The notes under the pieces: model-generated
Seen by the model: only the letters and a program-made list of their open reading frames with translations
Databases searched by the model: none
What the model was told of the DNA's origin: nothing
Made by a program: the position numbers and the translations under genes
Shown: positions 59,246-64,000 of the stretch, one piece after another
How positions within the stretch are numbered: the stretch's first letter is position 1
How the letters are laid out: each line of letters begins with the position of its first letter
From: Heteronotia binoei
Taxonomy: Eukaryota
Length of the DNA: 64,000 nucleotides
Direction of reading: 5' to 3'
Assembly (NCBI RefSeq): GCF_032191835.1
Contig: NC_083237.1
Location: forward strand, 38,254,001-38,318,000

Positions 59246-62200
59246 CCCAGCAGACATCACTCCCCCAGGTCTGGCCATGGGGTCCTTGTGTGCAGCCTTC
59301 AATGCCGGGGTCGGCAAGTACAGCCGGCTGGAGCTCCCCAATGCTGGGGAAGGTGCCATGGGCATACCCAAGCCAGCCAGGGCCTTCCTGGGCAGGGGCA
59401 ATGTACCCCCCTTCAAGCCTAGCCCAGTGTAGCTCAACTGTTACAGGCCAGCTCCAGGTTTCCATGGGAACTGCTGGGCCGTCTCAGGGCAGTGCCACAA
59501 ATCAGGCTGCTCCTGGGGTTCTCCCATGGGGTGGGTGGCCTAGTTTCCAGTGGAATGCATGGAGTTACCCACCCAATCCATATGGATCGGTATTTTTTCA
59601 GGCCCTTCCCTATGGTGATTCGGCAATGCCTTTGGGTGATCACCTGATGCCAGCCACAAGGGAGAAGATTTTGAGGAGGGAGTATGTTGACGTGTTTGGC
59701 CTTGTGTTTAGGGAGTTGGAGAAAAAGCCAAAGGAAAAGGAGAAGCTGAAACACAGGAAGGTCGACTGGACATGTTTGAATTGGTTGCCTGGGTTTCTAA
59801 TCTATGTGGGGGTCATTGCGAGGGCGCAGCCTTTCAGGGCAGCACCTTTGTTTCAGTATTGTGATATTGTATATTGGGCCTACAGCAACTTCATCGGGGT
59901 GGCCTGGCTACAATATGATGAGGCCTTCAGGATGATGGCCGCATTCAACCCATTCATGCCATGGGACCAGATAAATCTATAGTTGTGGCTGCAACTTATG
60001 ACCCCTGCAAAACTTAATGCGGGGGACAGGGCTGACAGCGGCCATGTGGTTCATAAGCTGCAGACCGCTCCTAGAGCCCGCACACCTGCAGGTCAGTCGG
60101 TTCAATCCCAACTATTGTGCTAGGAATTCATGTCCCAGAGCGTGTGCTCCTGCAGCGCCTGTAAATTTAAGCATGAGTGCCAGTTATGCAGGGGGCCTCA
60201 TGCCTTTTCCTCATGCAGCAAGACCAAGCCAAAAGGAGGTGGCAAGCACCCGGGAGAGGGTAACAACCCCCCACCGCCTGGTAAAGGGACCCACCCGCAT
60301 TCGGCTGACAATGCTTAGGTGGCTGTTAGAGGGTTATCCCATGCCAGCCGACAGGGCCTATTTGCTGGAGGGTTTCACATACGGTTTTTGGATACCTTAC
60401 CAGGGCCCTCGGGCTCCTTGTATAGCATCCAATCTTTGTTCTGTAGTGGGGATGGAGCATGTGGCCTGGGCAAAAATCGCTAAGAATTGCGCAGAGGGAC
60501 GAGTGCTCAGCCCCTTTGAAGCCCCTTCCAGTGCCACACTTGAGGGTGTCTCCCCTCGGGGTGGTGCCTAAGAAGGCACCTGGTGAATACAGGCTCATTC
60601 ACCACCTGTCATATCCATGGGGGGGGGGGGGTCGGTGAATGATGCCATTCCCGATCAGCTCTGTTCAGTTCAATATACATCCTTTGACCAGGCGGTTCAG
60701 AGTGGTATGGGGGTGCGACCTGGGGGCAGAAATGGCAATATGCTGCCAGTGTACACTGGGGATTTATGTTTGAAGGAAAATATTATATGTACAGGGCATT
60801 GCCGATGGGTTGCTCAATCTCCTGTGCAGCCTTTGAGCACTTCAGTTCCTTTCTGGAATGGGCACAGCAAGTCAAGTCTGGGTTGAAAGAGATGGTTCAT
60901 TACCTGGATAACTACCTTTTTGTGGGCCCCACGGACTCTGGACAATGTTTCAGGCTGCTTGATGCATTTGTACAGTTAGCTGGGGAACTTGGAGTCCCGC
61001 TGGCACATGAGAAGACGGAGGGTTACGCCTCTGTGCTAACGTTTCTGGGCATTGAGTTGGACACTTTCCGGCAAACTTCACGACTTTCTGCGGACATGGT
61101 CCAGAGACTCAGGGACTGATTAGCAATGCTCAGAGGGCAAAGCAAGGTGTCCCTGCTGGAGCTTCAGCAGCTAGTGGGGCATCTTAATTTTGCCTGCAAA
61201 GTTGTGGCACCTGACAGGGCATTTCTAAGGCGGCTATGTGACGCCATGAGCTCCCTCCGACTTCCCAACCATAGAATAAGGATAACTGCGCGTATGCAGA
61301 GGGATCTAGAGGTTTGGAAGGAATTTTTGAAGTCCTTCAATGGGGTTTCATTCTGGAGCGAGGACATGAGGATTGAGGCTGACCTCCAGATATCTTCAGA
61401 CACTGCACGTTCCACAGGTTTTGGGGTAATTTTCTGGGGGCACTGTTCTGCGAAGCAATGGCCCAGGGAATGGTTGGCTAGTGGACTCTGCAGGGATCTC
61501 ACTTTTCTGGAATTTTCCCCCATTGTCAAGGCCGTTTGACTCTGGGGGTACCAGCTAGCCAACCATGTGGTGCATTTCTGGTGTGACAACATGGCAATGG
61601 TACATGTTATCAGCACTTTGTCTCCAGATCGGCACCCATGATGAATCTGGTCAGTCTTTATGCTGCGATGCCTATGACTAAACATGTTTTTTTATGGCTA
61701 AGCACATGCCAGGTGTTTGTAATGGGGTGGCAGAAGCTCTGTCTCACCAACAGATGGAGCGTTTCTGCCAGCAGGCTTCAGAAGCTGACCCCTGGCCGGT
61801 GCGGATGCCCCAAGACATATGGCAGCTTGGAGGGCCGAAGCCGGTAGGGCAATTCTGCAAGCCTTAGCTCCAAGTACTAGGAGGGCATATGAAAGAGCGG
61901 CCTTGCATTTCCGGGTGTTCAGAGATGCCGCTGGATTACAGGACCTTTGGCCCATCCCTGTTATCCATTTGATGCAGTTTTGCATCCAACAAAAGGACAG
62001 GGGACTAACGATAAAAACTGTTAGAAAGCAGCAAGCTGCCTAGACATTTGTTAGTAAGGCCCAGGGGTTTAAAGAGGCTACAGGGGATTTCAGAATTTTA
62101 AAAATGTTGGAGGGTTGGTCCAGGGAACGCGGGCAATGGGTGGTTGCCCAGCAGCCCATTTCCCCCTCTGTACTTAAGGGGCTGGGTCAAGTGTGGCTGG

Positions 62201-62794
62201 AAGTGTGTTGATCCAGTTTTGAGAGCACACTTTTACACACAGCAGCACTAATAGCCTTTTTCGGGGCCCTGAGAATTAGCAAGCTGGTAGTGCAATCCCG
62301 GCAGGACCAGTCCAATTGCGCTCTTCGTGCCAGGGATGTAAAATTTAATGGTGACCAGGTCATTTTGACAGTTAGACGATCCAAAACAGACCAAAAGAGC
62401 AAGGGCATGGTAGTTACACTGGGCCCCTGTGGAGAAGCGGAGTTGTGCCTGATTAAGGCCCTGCAACAGTAAGTGTCAATTAGAGGGCACACCGAGGGAC
62501 CACTATTTTGCCATAGCGACGGTTCTCCATTGACCAAATACCAATTTTGGGCGGTAACCACATGGGCATTAGATAAGCTGGGGCTAGAGGATGTCAAATT
62601 TGGCACCCACTCATTCAGGATTGGTGTGGCTTCCACAGCGGCAGCAATGGGCTACCCTGGTCCAGTAATTCGGAGGGTGGGTTGGTGACATTCCTCGGCC
62701 TTCTGGTCTTATGTGCGTCCCTTGCTCTCTGTGTGAGCAAGGAAAACGCAGAGTTAATTTAGTAATGGCCACGGTGGGCAAGTTACTGTTCTTG

Positions 62795-62818
62795 GTTTGA
62801 CTGTTTGTTTCCTTATAG
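62795..62818 (+). promoter_or_regulatory. Predicted 3' splice site upstream of the SGNH ORF
   Basis: tttgactgtttgtttccttatag|GTGCTGTT. Confidence 0.75.
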
Positions 62819-63912
62819 GTGCTGTTGCTCGCCATGAGAGGCTGAGGATCCTCATTTGTGGGCACAGCATGGTGTTGGGGCAAAGTGAATTGGGGCTCAG
62901 TGAATGGGCTGTGGTGGAGTGGCAGGGGCGCCAGGGTCTACAATGGCCAGGGCTCCTGCCACTATTGTTTCAGGGGGGGACTGGTCCTCCACCTCACATA
63001 CTGGTCATCCACCTTGGTGGGAATGACCTTGGGTTTATGAAAGGGAAGGCCCATTCCCTGCAGGTGGAGGCTGATCTCCAGGTCATCGTGCAGAGGTGGC
63101 CCGGCATCCTCCTAGTTTGGTCTGCAATCCTTCCTTGCAGAGTTTGGCATGCCACCTGGGACCTGGCAGGCATTGAGAGGGCCAGAAGGAAGGCAAACCA
63201 GGCCCTTCAGAAGGTGATGGAGGGGGGCCTGGATATTTTCCTTCCCCACCCGACCATCTGGGTTGAAATGGAGGAGCTCTATCGATCCAATGGAGTTCGC
63301 TTGTATGAACAGGTATGAATGAACTTTATTACAGTCATAGACCAATATAAAAACTATAACACATCATATAAAACCCTCCTAAAATACCTAAGATAGTATA
63401 AAATACCCTCCTAAAAAAACATACAATACAATAAAATACATAAACATTTCCCCACCTATACAATCCAAGAGAACTAAAATATAATTTAACCAATTTTAAA
63501 ATTCAAGTCAGTTCCAATTTATATAAATCCTTTAAATCAGAGTATATAAAAACATTTATAAACTAAAATTCCAAGAGATCATACAAGACATGCAGTTTCT
63601 TGTTTCTTAGTATGGAACTTCACAAGATAATGGCAAAATTTGGCTATCTGTCTAGAGATAGTTGGACTTGCATCCACCAATAGTTTCTCCAAACATGCCT
63701 CGTCCGCGTCTGCCATTGGTTTAACTACAAACGGGGAAACAAACCTATCCCTCTGTACTTGGTGGAAAGGGCATTTCCCTTTCCCTGTTCATTCATACCT
63801 GTTCATACCAATGGAGTTCGCTTGTAAGACTTGGGTAACTGGGCCTTTTTAAATGACCTATGGCATGGGCTTTGGGGAGCTCTGGGCCATCCGGTGGGCA
63901 CTAATGCATAAG
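62819..63912 (+). pseudogene. Ngaro SGNH hydrolase exon, damaged
   Basis: ICGHSMV and HLGGND; about 10-aa deletion after GHSMV; DGVH changed to NGVR; LINE insertion at 63304-63807; resumes with LGNWAFL. Confidence 0.85.
63304..63807 (-). mobile_element. 5'-truncated LINE (RTE-X-like C-terminus) with an inverted copy of its own tail at the 5' end
   Basis: Minus strand encodes KCPFHQVQRDRFVSP...LEKLLVDASPTISRQIAKFC and ends aataaagttcattcatacctgttcata; 17-bp TSD ccaatggagttcgcttg (63287-63303, 63808-63824). Confidence 0.8.
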
Positions 63913-64000
63913 CAGAGGCTTGGCATTGGCGGTGGCAGAAGGATGTAGGGGTACTGAAATTTTGGTGAGCACCCAGGGTCAGCACCAGTTGAGTGCATGT

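Larger units (their letters stand above)
58123..64000 (+). mobile_element. Second Ngaro-type YR retrotransposon (divergent subfamily), truncated by the window end
   Basis: A-type repeat at about 58123-58310; gag 58807-60320; RT/RNaseH about 60017-61800 (HYLDNY); YR about 61819-62736 (FFGALRIS, THSFRIG, YVR); SGNH ORF from 62819; B-type repeat from about 63905. Confidence 0.93.

Noticed and set aside
15320-64000. Two Ngaro elements in opposite orientation flanking three ORs, as a possible inversion substrate or composite transposon
   Set aside because: They belong to clearly diverged subfamilies and all enclosed ORs keep the same orientation as those outside.

Overview
Vertebrate genomic DNA from a squamate reptile, probably a gecko, judged from the Sauria, 5S-Sauria and tRNA SINEs, BovB, L2, CR1 and Penelope repeats. 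The window holds a tandem cluster of five single-exon class II olfactory receptor genes (OR4D-like), all on the minus strand, embedded in dense transposon debris. Two ORs look intact (8840-9817, 26222-27214). One has a single TGA nonsense codon (2487-3419), one has lost 19 aa of TM5 in frame (38998-39930), and one is a mosaic gene with a DCY motif and a rebuilt C-terminus (46869-47846). Large elements are: a complete Ngaro-type tyrosine-recombinase retrotransposon with split direct repeats (about 15320-21992, minus); a second, divergent Ngaro running off the window end (about 58123-64000, plus); a full-length L1 whose ORF2 is interrupted by a solo LTR (51684-58083); an internally deleted Gypsy element (33155-35565); and L2, RTE-X-like, RTE, CR1, Penelope and hAT-MITE fragments. 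The most notable observation is that both Ngaro elements carry an ATG-less SGNH-hydrolase ORF behind a conserved 3' splice site, plus a phase-matched GTAAG donor inside gag. This predicts a spliced subgenomic mRNA encoding an in-frame Gag-N-terminus/SGNH-esterase fusion. All comparisons were made by eye without database searches. Two N gaps show a gapped assembly, so some frameshifts could be assembly errors.
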